Shown: piece after piece, positions 54,424 to 64,000 of the stretch
How positions within the stretch are numbered: position 1 is the stretch's first letter
How the letters are laid out: each line of letters begins with the position of its first letter
Assembly: GCA_017415165.1 (NCBI GenBank)
Contig: JAFQIY010000031.1
Coordinates: 1,246 to 65,245 of the forward strand
Direction: 5' to 3'
Length of the DNA stretch: 64,000 nucleotides
DNA from: Oscillospiraceae bacterium
GTDB lineage: Bacteria; Bacillota; Clostridia; Oscillospirales; Ruminococcaceae
The notes under the pieces: model-generated
What the model saw: only the letters and a program-made list of their open reading frames with translations
Told to the model about the DNA's origin: nothing
Databases searched by the model: none
Program-made: the position numbers and the translations under genes

Positions 54424-54951
54424 TTACATATATACGACCAAATCCATAGGCAGAAAGAACAGATACGGTTCTGTTACAATTGCCATTACAATTGAAAGCT
54501 TCTTTTTCACACTGTCGTCAAGCTCGGATTTTTTCAAGCAGATTTTCCTGTTGAAAACGTAAATCAGCAAAGCTGAAATGGCAACTGCAGCAAGAGTCCA
54601 TAAGAACGAAAAGATGTTACTTAACGGATTGGTGTAGAGTGGAGAACAAATATTATTTCTCCACCATTTTTCAAAATCAGTGTTGTAATTTTGAAATAAC
54701 ATCACTCCCAGACCCATAAAAGCTGCACCGACAAAATCAGCGATAAATCCGAAAATCCACGTTTTGAGAATTGCTCTTCTGGAATGTCGGAATGAGTTTT
54801 CGACTTTCATTATTTTGAGTGTAAGGAAAATCACCGCAAAATCAATTATAAAATTTGCAGGGAGAACAATAAACCATAGTGCGGGGAAAAATAATAAAAG
54901 CCAAAAAGGGGGGAATGCTAAATTATAAAGCTTCAACCGTCTGTCTTTCAT
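54424..54951 (-). CDS. Hypothetical four-TM membrane protein between carB and pyrK
   Basis: Its SD GAGGTG overlaps the end of carB. No motif recognised. Confidence 0.55.
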   Translation of the reverse strand: MKDRRLKLYNLAFPPFWLLLFFPALWFIVLPANFIIDFAVIFLTLKIMKVENSFRHSRRAILKTWIFGFIADFVGAAFMGLGVMLFQNYNTDFEKWWRNNICSPLYTNPLSNIFSFLWTLAAVAISALLIYVFNRKICLKKSELDDSVKKKLSIVMAIVTEPYLFFLPMDLVVYM

Positions 54952-54965
54952 GCGGTCACCTCAAG

Positions 54966-57900
54966 TCATATTTCCGTAATATCAATCATTTCCATATCGT
55001 CGATGTTCTTACCCATCATAAGAATGTCGGCAACAGCATTTGCTGTATCGATTGCTGTCAGACAGCAGATGGAACGTTCAACGGTCTTACGGCGGATTTT
55101 TACGCTGTCAAATGCAGGGATACGTCCCTTTGCGGAGGTGGAAATTACATAGTCAATCTTGCCGCTGTCAAGGAGAGTCATAACATTTGGCGCTTCCTCT
55201 GATGCACGTCTTGTAACGCTTGCGGCAACCATATTTCTGTTCAGCATTGAAGCTGTTCCGCTTGTTGCGTAAACGTCGAAGCCAAGGTGCTCAAACTTTT
55301 CAGCAACGTAGATGATTTCCTGCTTGTCGGTGTCACGTACTGTAATCAGTACGCCGCCGCCCTGCTTCTTTTCAAGGCTGTAGCCTGCACCAACAAGTCC
55401 CTTGTAGAGTGCGTCCTCGAAGCTTCTTGCGATACCGAGACACTCACCTGTGGACTTCATCTCAGGACCAAGTGCTGTATCAACATCGTGAAGCTTTTCA
55501 AAGCTGAACACAGGAACCTTTACAGCGATAAAGTCAGCTTCCTTGTATAAGCCGCTGGTGTAGCCCTGGTCTTTAAGGCTTTCGCCCAGCATAATCTTTG
55601 TTGCAACGTCAACCATCGGCACGCCAGTTACCTTGGAAATGTAAGGAACAGTTCTGGAGGAACGTGGGTTAACTTCGATAACGTAAACCTCGTCGTTGTA
55701 AACAACATACTGAATATTTACAAGACCAATAACCTTGAGTTCCATAGCAAGTCTGCGTGTGTACTCGATAATTGTTTCACGGATTTTCTTTGTGAGTGTA
55801 AGTGCGGGATATACGGAAATTGAGTCACCGGAGTGGATACCTGCACGCTCGATGTGCTCCATAATACCCGGGATAACATAGTCTGTACCGTCACAGATTG
55901 CATCAACCTCAACTTCCTTACCCATCATATACTTGTCGATGAGAACAGGATTTTCAAGTCCACCACGCATAATGATTTCCATATACTCGATGATATCCTG
56001 ATTGGAGTGAGCGATAATCATATTCTGACCGCCGAGAACGTAGGAAGGTCGCATAAGAACAGGGTAGCCAAGCTGTTCAGCAGCCTTGAGCGCTTCCTCT
56101 GTGTTCATTACTGTGAAGCCCTCAGGACGTGGAATTCCGCACTTGTTGAGGAGCTCGTCAAAACGTTCTCTGTCCTCAGCGGCGTCAATGCTGTCAGCGG
56201 AAGTACCGAGAATATTTACACCCATATCGGAGAGGTGCTTTGTAAGCTTGATAGCGGTCTGACCGCCGAACTGTACAACAACGCCGTATGGCTTTTCGGT
56301 TTCGATGATAGCTTCAACGTCCTCTCTTGTGAGCGGGTCGAAGTAAAGTCTGTCGCCTGTGTCAAAGTCAGTAGAAACAGTTTCGGGGTTGTTGTTGCAG
56401 ATAACAGCCTCGTAGCCCATTTCCTTCAGTGCCCATACGCAGTGCACGGAACAGTAGTCGAACTCGATACCCTGACCGATACGGATTGGACCTGAACCGA
56501 AAACAATGATTTTCTTCTTGCCTGTGTCGTTGTTTTCAATGAACTGCTTTGCCTCGTTCTCCTCGTCAAATGTAGAGTAGAAGTAAGGTGTTTCAGCCTT
56601 GAATTCGCCTGCACAGGTGTCAACCATCTTGAATACGGCTCTTGTTCTCTTAGGGCACTTCTGACCGCTGATGCGCTCGATTGTGCTGTCGAGGTAGCCG
56701 TACTTCTTGGCAATATCGTACTTTTCTTCTGTAAGCTCGCCGTCAGCAAGGTATCTTTCAAGCTCAACAAGGTTGTTCAGCTTGGAGATGAACCAACGGT
56801 CAATCTTTGTGATTTCGTGGATTGTATCAATAGAAATATTACGTTTCAGCGCTTCAAATACAACGAATGCACGCTCATCGTCAACGTTGTAGAGACGGCT
56901 TCTGATTTCAGCGTCGTCAAGGCGTTCAAGCTTTTTCAGGTTCATTGTGTCAAGTCCCAGCTCAATTGAACGTACAGCCTTCATCATAGCCTGTTCAAAG
57001 GAAGTACCGATAGACATAACCTCACCAGTTGCCATCATCTGAGTGCCGAGAGTACGTTTAGCGTAAACAAACTTATCGAAAGCCCACTTAGGGAACTTTA
57101 CAACACAGTAGTCAACAGCTGGCTCAAAGCAAGCGTAAGTGTTGCCTGTAACCTGATTTACGATTTCATCAAGGCTGTAGCCTATAGCAATCTTTGAAGC
57201 AACCTTTGCAATTGGGTAGCCTGTTGCCTTGGAAGCAAGTGCGGAAGAACGTGAAACTCGTGGGTTAACCTCGATTACAGCGTACTCAAAGCTTGTCGGG
57301 TGGAGTGCAAACTGACAGTTACAGCCGCCCTCAACCTTCAATTCGGAAACGATGTTCAGAGCCGCTGTACGGAGCATCTGATACTCTCTGTCTGTAAGTG
57401 ATACAGCTGGAGCAATAACGATTGAGTCACCCGTGTGAACGCCGACAGGGTCGAAGTTTTCCATTGAGCAGACTGTGATAACGTTGCCCTTGCTGTCACG
57501 GATAACCTCAAATTCGATTTCCTTCCATCCGCTGATACACTTCTCAACGAGAATTTGTGTGATAGGGGAGAGACGCAGACCGTTTGTTGCAATATCACGA
57601 AGTTCGTCCTCATTGTATGCAATACCGCCGCCTGTACCGCCGAGGGTAAATGCAGGACGTACGATTACAGGGTAGTCGATAACCTCAGCAAAGTCAACTG
57701 CGTCCTCAACTGTTTCAACAACCTTTGACGGAATACAAGGCTCGCCGATTTTTTCCATTGTATCCTTGAAAGCCTGTCTGTCCTCAGCCTTGTGGATAGT
57801 TTCAGGGTTTGCACCGAGAAGCTTTACGCCCTGCTCAGCAAGGAAACCACATTCTGCAAGCTGCATCGAAAGGGTAAGACCTGTCTGTCCGCCGAGAGTG

Positions 57901-58163
57901 GAAAGAACGCTGTCAGGCTTTTCAATTTTGATAATTTTCTTTACAACGTCAAGGGTCAGCGGCTCGATGTAAACCTTGTCCGCCATAGCCTTGTCAGTCA
58001 TAATTGTAGCAGGGTTGGAGTTGATAAGAACAACTTCAAGCCCCTCCTGTTTCAGTGTACGGCAAGCCTGTGTGCCTGCGTAGTCAAACTCAGCAGCCTG
58101 ACCGATAATGATTGGTCCTGAACCGATAACGAGGACTTTCTTTATATCTTTTCTCAGTGGCAT
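54966..58163 (-). CDS. carB: Carbamoyl-phosphate synthase large subunit
   Basis: 1065 aa with duplicated ATP-grasp halves and an MGS-like C-terminus. Confidence 0.97.
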   Translation of the reverse strand: MPLRKDIKKVLVIGSGPIIIGQAAEFDYAGTQACRTLKQEGLEVVLINSNPATIMTDKAMADKVYIEPLTLDVVKKIIKIEKPDSVLSTLGGQTGLTLSMQLAECGFLAEQGVKLLGANPETIHKAEDRQAFKDTMEKIGEPCIPSKVVETVEDAVDFAEVIDYPVIVRPAFTLGGTGGGIAYNEDELRDIATNGLRLSPITQILVEKCISGWKEIEFEVIRDSKGNVITVCSMENFDPVGVHTGDSIVIAPAVSLTDREYQMLRTAALNIVSELKVEGGCNCQFALHPTSFEYAVIEVNPRVSRSSALASKATGYPIAKVASKIAIGYSLDEIVNQVTGNTYACFEPAVDYCVVKFPKWAFDKFVYAKRTLGTQMMATGEVMSIGTSFEQAMMKAVRSIELGLDTMNLKKLERLDDAEIRSRLYNVDDERAFVVFEALKRNISIDTIHEITKIDRWFISKLNNLVELERYLADGELTEEKYDIAKKYGYLDSTIERISGQKCPKRTRAVFKMVDTCAGEFKAETPYFYSTFDEENEAKQFIENNDTGKKKIIVFGSGPIRIGQGIEFDYCSVHCVWALKEMGYEAVICNNNPETVSTDFDTGDRLYFDPLTREDVEAIIETEKPYGVVVQFGGQTAIKLTKHLSDMGVNILGTSADSIDAAEDRERFDELLNKCGIPRPEGFTVMNTEEALKAAEQLGYPVLMRPSYVLGGQNMIIAHSNQDIIEYMEIIMRGGLENPVLIDKYMMGKEVEVDAICDGTDYVIPGIMEHIERAGIHSGDSISVYPALTLTKKIRETIIEYTRRLAMELKVIGLVNIQYVVYNDEVYVIEVNPRSSRTVPYISKVTGVPMVDVATKIMLGESLKDQGYTSGLYKEADFIAVKVPVFSFEKLHDVDTALGPEMKSTGECLGIARSFEDALYKGLVGAGYSLEKKQGGGVLITVRDTDKQEIIYVAEKFEHLGFDVYATSGTASMLNRNMVAASVTRRASEEAPNVMTLLDSGKIDYVISTSAKGRIPAFDSVKIRRKTVERSICCLTAIDTANAVADILMMGKNIDDMEMIDITEI

Positions 58164-58164
58164 A

Positions 58165-59265
58165 TTACTTGTCCTCCTTATTCATCATTGAAACGAAATC
58201 ATCGAAGAAGGAAACGGTTTCCTGCGGTCCGCCGCTTACCTTCGGATAGAACTGAAGTGTGAAGCAAGGAATATCCTTGTATCTGATACCTTCGCAAGTA
58301 CCGTCGTTAGCGTTTGTATGTGTAATCTCACAGGAAATTCCATCAAGATTTGCAACAACGTAGCCGTGATTTTGTGCGGTAACAAAGGTTCTTTCGCCGT
58401 TTGCTTCCTTAACAGGCTGGCTTGCGCCGCGGTGACCGTGCTTCATCTTTTCAACCTTTGCACCCATAGCAAGTGCAGCAAGCTGATGACCTAAGCCTGT
58501 ACCGAAAACAGGAATATTCATACCGAGAATTTCACGGATATTTGCGATAATTTCTGTATTTTCAGCTGGGTTGCCCGGACCTGCTGAAAGAACGATACCG
58601 TCAGGATTAAGCGCCTTGACCTGCTCAGCCGTTGTGTCAGCAGGAAGAACAGTAACGTTACAGCCACGGCTCAGAAGCTCATTGCGGAAGCTCTTTGTGT
58701 GACCGAAATCAAGCATTGCAACGTTGTACTTGCCGTTTTCAGCTGTGTAAGTTTTCTGCTCTTTTACAGTAACAGCTTTAACAGCATTTTCAATCCTGTA
58801 CTCGGCAAGCTTTTTCATAAGCTCGTCCTTTTTCTCGTACACGTTTTCAGTTGTGATAACACCGTTCATTGCACCGTTTTCACGGATAATTCTTGTAAGA
58901 CAGCGTGTGTCGATGGAGTGGATACCAACAACACCGTGCTTCTTCATAAACTCGTCAAGGTTGCCTTCACAACGGAAGTTTGAAGGAGCGTTGCACCATT
59001 CTCTTACAACGTAACCGCTGAGAGCAGGTGCATCAGATTCGTAGTCCTCATCGTTGACACCGTAGTTGCCAACGAGAGGGAAGGTCTGAGTTAAAATCTG
59101 TCCGTAGTAGGAAGGGTCAGTAAGCGCCTCCTGATAGCCTGTCATACTTGTGGAAAAGACGATTTCGCCGTATGCTGTGCCTGCTGCACCAAAGGAGTAG
59201 CCCTCGAAAATTCTGCCATCAGCAAGCATAAGATAAGCCTTGTCGCCCATATTGAATAAAGACAT
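58165..59265 (-). CDS. carA: Carbamoyl-phosphate synthase small subunit
   Basis: 366 aa. It has a CPSase small-subunit N-domain followed by a GATase-type C-terminal half (...FGTGLGHQLLA..HGHRG). Confidence 0.93.
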   Translation of the reverse strand: MSLFNMGDKAYLMLADGRIFEGYSFGAAGTAYGEIVFSTSMTGYQEALTDPSYYGQILTQTFPLVGNYGVNDEDYESDAPALSGYVVREWCNAPSNFRCEGNLDEFMKKHGVVGIHSIDTRCLTRIIRENGAMNGVITTENVYEKKDELMKKLAEYRIENAVKAVTVKEQKTYTAENGKYNVAMLDFGHTKSFRNELLSRGCNVTVLPADTTAEQVKALNPDGIVLSAGPGNPAENTEIIANIREILGMNIPVFGTGLGHQLAALAMGAKVEKMKHGHRGASQPVKEANGERTFVTAQNHGYVVANLDGISCEITHTNANDGTCEGIRYKDIPCFTLQFYPKVSGGPQETVSFFDDFVSMMNKEDK

Positions 59266-59297
59266 TGAAGTTTCCCCCAGTCAAAAATTTGGATTAA

Positions 59298-60230
59298 TTA
59301 CTTTTTGAGAGCAGTTACGAAGCCTGTAATATCCTCTCTCATTCTGATGCACTCACGTCTTGCTGCACCTGCGAAATCTGTTTCGTCGCAGTTTTCCTTC
59401 TGATAAGCACACATTACTGCTCTGGAGGAGTTAACGATTGCGCCGAGACCCTTGTCATCGAATGCCTTAGCAACGCCTTCTGCACCGCCGCCCTGTGCAC
59501 CGTAGCCCGGTACGAGGAAGAATGTGTGTGGAAGCTTTGCTCTCATTTCGGCAAGCTGCTCAGGGTAAGTTGCACCGACAACAGCGCCTACTGCGGAGTA
59601 GCCGTACTCGCCGATTGTGTCAGCGCCCCAGTTTTCGCACATATCGCCCATTGTTTCGTAAACGCTCTTTCCGTCGTCAAGCTTTCTGTCCTGAAGCTCA
59701 CCGCTGGACTTGTTGGAAGTCTTGACAAGAACAAAGATACCCTTGTCCTTTTCCTTGCAAACTGCTGTAAGAGGAGCGATACCGTCTGTGCCAAGGTAGC
59801 CGTTTACTGTAAGAGCGTCAGCGCCGAAGCCCTCGAAAACCTGACCGTCAACAGTTGTGCTGCCGAGGTAAGCATTTGTGTAAGCCTCCATAGTTGCACC
59901 AATGTCATTTCTCTTACCGTCAACCATTACGAACATACCCTTTTCCTGAGCATACTTAACTGTCTTGTAAAGAGTCTGAACACCCTGCCAGCCGTACATT
60001 TCGTAGTAAGCCGCCTGTGGCTTGATTGCAGGAACGATATCGCAAACTGCGTCGATGATAGCCTTGTTGAACTGCCAGAGTGCTTCTGCCGCACCCTCAA
60101 GTGTTGCGCCCTTTTCAGCGAAAGCCTTTTCCTTGATGAAGTTCGGAACGTAGTCCAGCTTAGGGTCAAGACCTACAACTGTTGGGTTACCTGTTTCCAC
60201 GATTTTCTTGATGAGTCTGTCAAATGACAT
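59298..60230 (-). CDS. pyrF: Orotidine 5'-phosphate decarboxylase, type 2
   Basis: Long-form PyrF (GLDP...DGKRNDIG). ATG 60230 lies 8 nt after AAGGAG. Confidence 0.88.
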   Translation of the reverse strand: MSFDRLIKKIVETGNPTVVGLDPKLDYVPNFIKEKAFAEKGATLEGAAEALWQFNKAIIDAVCDIVPAIKPQAAYYEMYGWQGVQTLYKTVKYAQEKGMFVMVDGKRNDIGATMEAYTNAYLGSTTVDGQVFEGFGADALTVNGYLGTDGIAPLTAVCKEKDKGIFVLVKTSNKSSGELQDRKLDDGKSVYETMGDMCENWGADTIGEYGYSAVGAVVGATYPEQLAEMRAKLPHTFFLVPGYGAQGGGAEGVAKAFDDKGLGAIVNSSRAVMCAYQKENCDETDFAGAARRECIRMREDITGFVTALKK

Positions 60231-60279
60231 TACTACCACTCCTTATATAAATTAAAATTTTTAACTTTATAAAACCGCA

Positions 60280-60945
60280 TTATTGTTTTATGCAGAAATA
60301 ACCTGCTGCTATAAAAAATGCGATGGCAAAAATTATTATCAGTACGTCACTCAGCTTTGTCTTTTTCTTTTCAGCATTTTCAAGCTCGTCAGCATAGAAA
60401 GCCACCCCGTCAATCACATCGCTCGGAACAGGCTTCATTACATTTCCGTTTGAGTCCTGAACACTTAGCATAGGCTTTATATTGAGTCGGGGAGGATAAT
60501 CGGGATTTTCATATGCCTCGTAAACTGTGCAGGAAAGTCCCTCATATTCCTCAAATTCGGAGTGAAGAGCAGATGTTTCAAAGGTGACTTCTCTGTTGAG
60601 TATCGTGCTGAAGCATCTGATTTTCAGATATTTGCTATAATGCTTTTTATTGGAATTACTGACATTTCGCCTTTCAATCAGCTCAACGACTTGCCCGCTG
60701 ATACAATTTCCCTCATTGAGCATACGCTCACGCTCTTTTTTGTGAGCCTTGACTTCTTTTGCTGCAAATCTGCTTGCAAAGAAAATGAACGCAGCTATGC
60801 CGAATATCGAAAGCGAAGCGGACAACTGTGGTTTATCCAGCTCTCCCACCGTCAGATTCCATATTGCAATTCCCGTAAGAATTAAGCAAACAACAACGCA
60901 CACAGTAGCCGTAGGATTTTCTTCTTTACTGTATTTTATTTTCAT
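60280..60945 (-). CDS. Hypothetical membrane protein (TM-TM, soluble segment, TM) between pyrC and pyrF
   Basis: ATG 60945 follows AAGGGAG. The upstream in-frame ATG overlaps the pyrC stop. Confidence 0.55.
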   Translation of the reverse strand: MKIKYSKEENPTATVCVVVCLILTGIAIWNLTVGELDKPQLSASLSIFGIAAFIFFASRFAAKEVKAHKKERERMLNEGNCISGQVVELIERRNVSNSNKKHYSKYLKIRCFSTILNREVTFETSALHSEFEEYEGLSCTVYEAYENPDYPPRLNIKPMLSVQDSNGNVMKPVPSDVIDGVAFYADELENAEKKKTKLSDVLIIIFAIAFFIAAGYFCIKQ

Positions 60946-60962
60946 AATGTCAGCTCCCTTAA

Positions 60963-62219
60963 TCAAGCCTCAAATCTGATTTCACCGTTTGTAATCGTCA
61001 TAATGTTCTTACCCTTCAGCTTTTCACCCTTGAACACAGTGTTCTTTGACTTTGAGTGAAGCTCCTCAGGAACAACCGTCCACTCCTTGTCAAGGTCAAC
61101 AACCGCAAGGTCCGCCTTTGCACCCTTTTCAATCCGTGTAACCTCAATTCCGAGAAGCTTTCTCGGATTGATTGCCATAAGCTCAGCAATTCTGCCCAGC
61201 GTAAGCTTGCCTGTATGATAAAGCTGTGTAAGTGTTACAGCAAGTGAGGTTTCAAGTCCCACAACACCGTTAGGCGCTTTGAGAAAATCAGCCTTTTCCT
61301 CAGCAGCGTGAGGAGCGTGGTCTGTTACAATACAGTCAACCGTGCCGTCCAGCACCGCTTCAAGCACCGCAAGTCTGTCGTCCTCGCTTCTGAGAGGAGG
61401 ATTCATTCTGTAGTCAGCGTCACGGCTGAGAAGCTTGTCCTCAGTGTATGTGAAGTAGTGCGGACAGGTTTCACAGGTAACCTTTATGCCGTTTTTCTTT
61501 GCATCACGGATAAAGTTCATACTGCCCCTTGTGGAAACGTGGCAGATGTGAATTCGTGCACCGCAGGAGTCAGCAAGCGCAATTTCTCTCGCAGTAATGC
61601 TGTCCTCGGAGGCTCTGTCCATACCCTTAACGCCAAGCTTTTCGGATACCACACCCTTGTGGATTATACCGCCGTTGATGATTGCCAAATCCTCACAGTG
61701 GGAAACCACCAGGAGTCCGTTTTCGTTTGTAGCTTCAAGAGTCTGACGCATCATTTCAGCGTTAGCAACGGGACGTCCGTCATCGGAAATCAGCTTTACA
61801 CCAAGCTCAGTCCAGTTGTAAAGCTCGCCGCCCTGCATACCCTTTGTAATACAGCCAATGGGGTAAACGTCAACACCTGTGTCCTTAGCCTTGTCAAGAA
61901 TATAATCAACCGTTTCCTTGCTGTCGATTGCAGGGGTTGTGTTTGGCATACAAGCAACACCGCTTACACCGCCAGCCAGCGCCGCCGCACAGCCTGTTTC
62001 AACAGTTTCCTTGTGAGTCTGACCGGGGTCACGAAAATGAACGTGCATATCGAAAAGTGCAGGCATAACCGCAAGCTTTCCGCCGCCGTCAACAACCCTG
62101 TCAGCTGTTACCGCAAGATTTTCGCCAACCTCAGCAATCCTTCCGCCAACAATAAATATATCGCAGATTTTATCGGTCTTATCATCGACCGCCCTTACAT
62201 TTTTAAGAAGAATACTCAT
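60963..62219 (-). CDS. pyrC: Dihydroorotase
   Basis: DMHVHFRDPG metal-binding motif; 418 aa. Confidence 0.93.
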   Translation of the reverse strand: MSILLKNVRAVDDKTDKICDIFIVGGRIAEVGENLAVTADRVVDGGGKLAVMPALFDMHVHFRDPGQTHKETVETGCAAALAGGVSGVACMPNTTPAIDSKETVDYILDKAKDTGVDVYPIGCITKGMQGGELYNWTELGVKLISDDGRPVANAEMMRQTLEATNENGLLVVSHCEDLAIINGGIIHKGVVSEKLGVKGMDRASEDSITAREIALADSCGARIHICHVSTRGSMNFIRDAKKNGIKVTCETCPHYFTYTEDKLLSRDADYRMNPPLRSEDDRLAVLEAVLDGTVDCIVTDHAPHAAEEKADFLKAPNGVVGLETSLAVTLTQLYHTGKLTLGRIAELMAINPRKLLGIEVTRIEKGAKADLAVVDLDKEWTVVPEELHSKSKNTVFKGEKLKGKNIMTITNGEIRFEA

Positions 62220-62231
62220 TTATTTCCTCCA

Positions 62232-62771
62232 TTATTCAAAAATTACAACCTTGTCGCTTCCGTCAATTTCCTTCATCTGTACCTTTACCGCTTCTTCCCT
62301 TGAAGTCGGCACATTCTTGCCAACGTAATCGGGACGTATCGGCAGTTCACGATGACCTCTGTCCACAAGCACCGCAAGCTGAATGCTTCTCGGTCTGCCG
62401 CGCTTTGTAACAGCGTCCATCGCCGCCCTTGCGCTTCTTCCTGTGAAGATAACATCGTCAACGATTATCACGCTCTTGTCCTTCACGTCAAAGGGAATGT
62501 CGGTTCTGTCAATGCCTGCGGAGTGCTTTTCGTCGTCACGGTAAGCCGTAATATCAAGCGTGCCCGTTTCAACCTCTGCACCTTCAAGCTCAAGAAGCTT
62601 TTTGGCAATTCTTTCCGCGAGGTGCACACCCCTTGACATTATACCAACAAGGCAGATATTCTCAGCGCCCTTGTTCCGTTCAAGGATTTCATAGGAAATT
62701 CTTGCAACCGCTCTTGTCATAGCATTTTCGTCAAGTATAACAGCCTTCTGATTAAGCTGCGGACTGCTCAT
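62232..62771 (-). CDS. pyrR: Bifunctional pyr operon attenuation regulator / uracil phosphoribosyltransferase
   Basis: [22 protein letters not shown]... and the PRPP motif [13 protein letters not shown]. Confidence 0.93.
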   Translation of the reverse strand: MSSPQLNQKAVILDENAMTRAVARISYEILERNKGAENICLVGIMSRGVHLAERIAKKLLELEGAEVETGTLDITAYRDDEKHSAGIDRTDIPFDVKDKSVIIVDDVIFTGRSARAAMDAVTKRGRPRSIQLAVLVDRGHRELPIRPDYVGKNVPTSREEAVKVQMKEIDGSDKVVIFE

Positions 62772-62785
62772 TTCAGCACCTCCAA

Positions 62786-62824
62786 ATAAAAAATACCTGT
62801 CCGTGAACTGACACAGACAGGTAT
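62786..62824 (-). terminator. pyr leader attenuator terminator
   Basis: The minus strand reads ATACCTGTC...GACAGGTAT followed by TTTTTATTT, directly upstream of the pyrR SD. Confidence 0.75.
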
Positions 62825-62913
62825 TAATCAACTTATATTTATTTTACAATACAGGTACAGCTTTCCCAAAGGTACGGCTTACACCTGCCGCAGAATATCA
62901 CTATAAGCGACTG

Positions 62914-62944
62914 CCTTGTCAATCTCACGGGATTAACTTAAAGG
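62914..62944 (-). promoter_or_regulatory. PyrR-binding stem-loop (anti-antiterminator)
   Basis: The minus strand reads CCUUUAAGUUAAUCCCGUGAGAUUGACAAGG. Compare the conserved UUUAA...UCCAGAGAGGCU...AAGG element. Confidence 0.6.
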
Positions 62945-62961
62945 TTGTCCAAACTTCAAAT

Positions 62962-62990
62962 ATTATAGCACATTCTGCACAACTTGTCAA
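62962..62990 (-). promoter_or_regulatory. Sigma-A-type promoter of the pyr operon
   Basis: The minus strand reads TTGACA, 17 nt, TATAAT. Confidence 0.6.
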
Positions 62991-63032
62991 CACGAAAACC
63001 GTCATTTTAACAGAAAAATCACATTTTCGTCC

Positions 63033-64000
63033 TTATTTTGTCTCAATCGTTTCAGCAACAGCAATTTCAGCCTCATCCGCATTTCTCTCAATTGCTATGT
63101 TGACAGTTTCCTCTGAATTGTTTCTGAAGCTGCTTTCGATTTTCACCTTTGCGGAAATAACTTTAAGACGTCGTTTCAGGCTTTCCATAGTATCAGCATA
63201 TGAAGTAGAACGCAGCTGAGGAAACGCCTTGATAAGACGTTCAACCGAACGGTCACGGGAGTCCATAAGCCTGTCGTATTTTTCACGCCATTCGCTGATT
63301 TTGAAGTCGGCAGCGTCAACAATTTTACCATATTTAGCCTTGATTTCCGCAAAACGGGACTCGCCGTCCTTAGTTGATTTAAGCTGCTCATACTTTTCAC
63401 GGAAGCTCTGAGTTGTAGCATCTGTTTTTTCGGCAATCTTTTCCTTGAGCTCGTGAGTTTTAGCGTCAGCCTTTTCAACAGCGCTGTCATATATTTCCTT
63501 GCTTTCAAGTGTTTTCTGCGAAAGAGTACCGCCGATTTTTTCGGCACTCAGAAGCATTACCTTTGAAATTTCATCAAGCTGTTTAAGACGGAGATTGAGC
63601 TTTCTTACCGCACTCAATGATGCAACAATGTCAATTACCAGCAGTACAGACCACAACATAATAAACGCAAAGCCCATCTTTACAGGCATTTTATCAATTG
63701 CAAGCTCAACCATCGGCTGAACAAAGCGTACAACCGTTACACAGCCAACACCCCAAAGAATGGAAATTTTAAGGCAGATGTAACCCTTGAAATTGAATTT
63801 TTCGTGTGAGTAATCCCACCATCTTGCGTGGAAAAGCTTTTCCATACCAAGTCCCACAAAAAGTTCAAAAGCGGTGCACAGCAGCGACGTTGCCAGAAAC
63901 AGGGGGATAATTGTATCTGAAACAGGACGGAAGAATACCGTAACCATAATTACACCAAAGCCGTAAATAGGGCAGATAGGCATATTAAGAAAGCCCCTGT
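63033..64000 (-). CDS. Membrane protein (PF06541-like 'putative ABC-transporter type IV' domain) fused to a long helical repeat tail; the 5' end lies outside the window
   Basis: The frame stays open past the listed ATG to the window edge (...RGFLNMPICPIYGFG). It has the WWDYS motif. The C-terminal half is Lys/Glu-rich helical repeats. Confidence 0.6.
   Translation of the reverse strand, partial: RGFLNMPICPIYGFGVIMVTVFFRPVSDTIIPLFLATSLLCTAFELFVGLGMEKLFHARWWDYSHEKFNFKGYICLKISILWGVGCVTVVRFVQPMVELAIDKMPVKMGFAFIMLWSVLLVIDIVASLSAVRKLNLRLKQLDEISKVMLLSAEKIGGTLSQKTLESKEIYDSAVEKADAKTHELKEKIAEKTDATTQSFREKYEQLKSTKDGESRFAEIKAKYGKIVDAADFKISEWREKYDRLMDSRDRSVERLIKAFPQLRSTSYADTMESLKRRLKVISAKVKIESSFRNNSEETVNIAIERNADEAEIAVAETIETK

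Overview
This window looks like a chromosomal segment from a Gram-positive, Spo0A-encoding anaerobe. I infer Clostridia, possibly Oscillospiraceae/Ruminococcus-like, from gene content and the Thr/Glu-rich extracellular linkers; no search was run. Most of it is housekeeping. That includes spo0A, an amino-acid ABC transporter, lepA-hemW, the str operon (rpsL-rpsG-fusA-tuf), and a purine operon (purE, an atypical purF, purM, purN, a split purH, purD). It also includes feoAB, xylAB and a pyrimidine operon (pyrR-pyrC-pyrF-carAB-pyrK-pyrD) with a recognisable PyrR attenuator.

The left edge (1-3400) is the end of a mobilisable element carrying a relaxase fragment, accessory genes and a large serine recombinase that has an in-frame TAG. 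The element sits inside the remnant of a tyrosine integrase gene next to tRNA-Leu(UAA).

Accessory or unusual content:
- A membrane pseudokinase with an N-terminal zinc ribbon and PASTA-like repeats, followed by a papain-like peptidase and a YdjI/YdjG/YdjH-like (SPFH / zinc-ribbon / TPM) triad with no pspA nearby.
- A LacI-type sugar-binding core fused to a GGDEF domain.
- A PurF homologue lacking the N-terminal Cys nucleophile.
- A purE leader with an intrinsic terminator and an SD-preceded 40-codon ORF that matches no riboswitch class I can recognise.
- Small membrane proteins wedged into both nucleotide operons.
- Several repeated operator-like motifs (feo, xyl, GntR).

I see no CRISPR array, reverse transcriptase, restriction or obvious defence module. 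None of the candidates is proven novel. All product calls rest on motif recognition by eye, and start codons were chosen from SD spacing.
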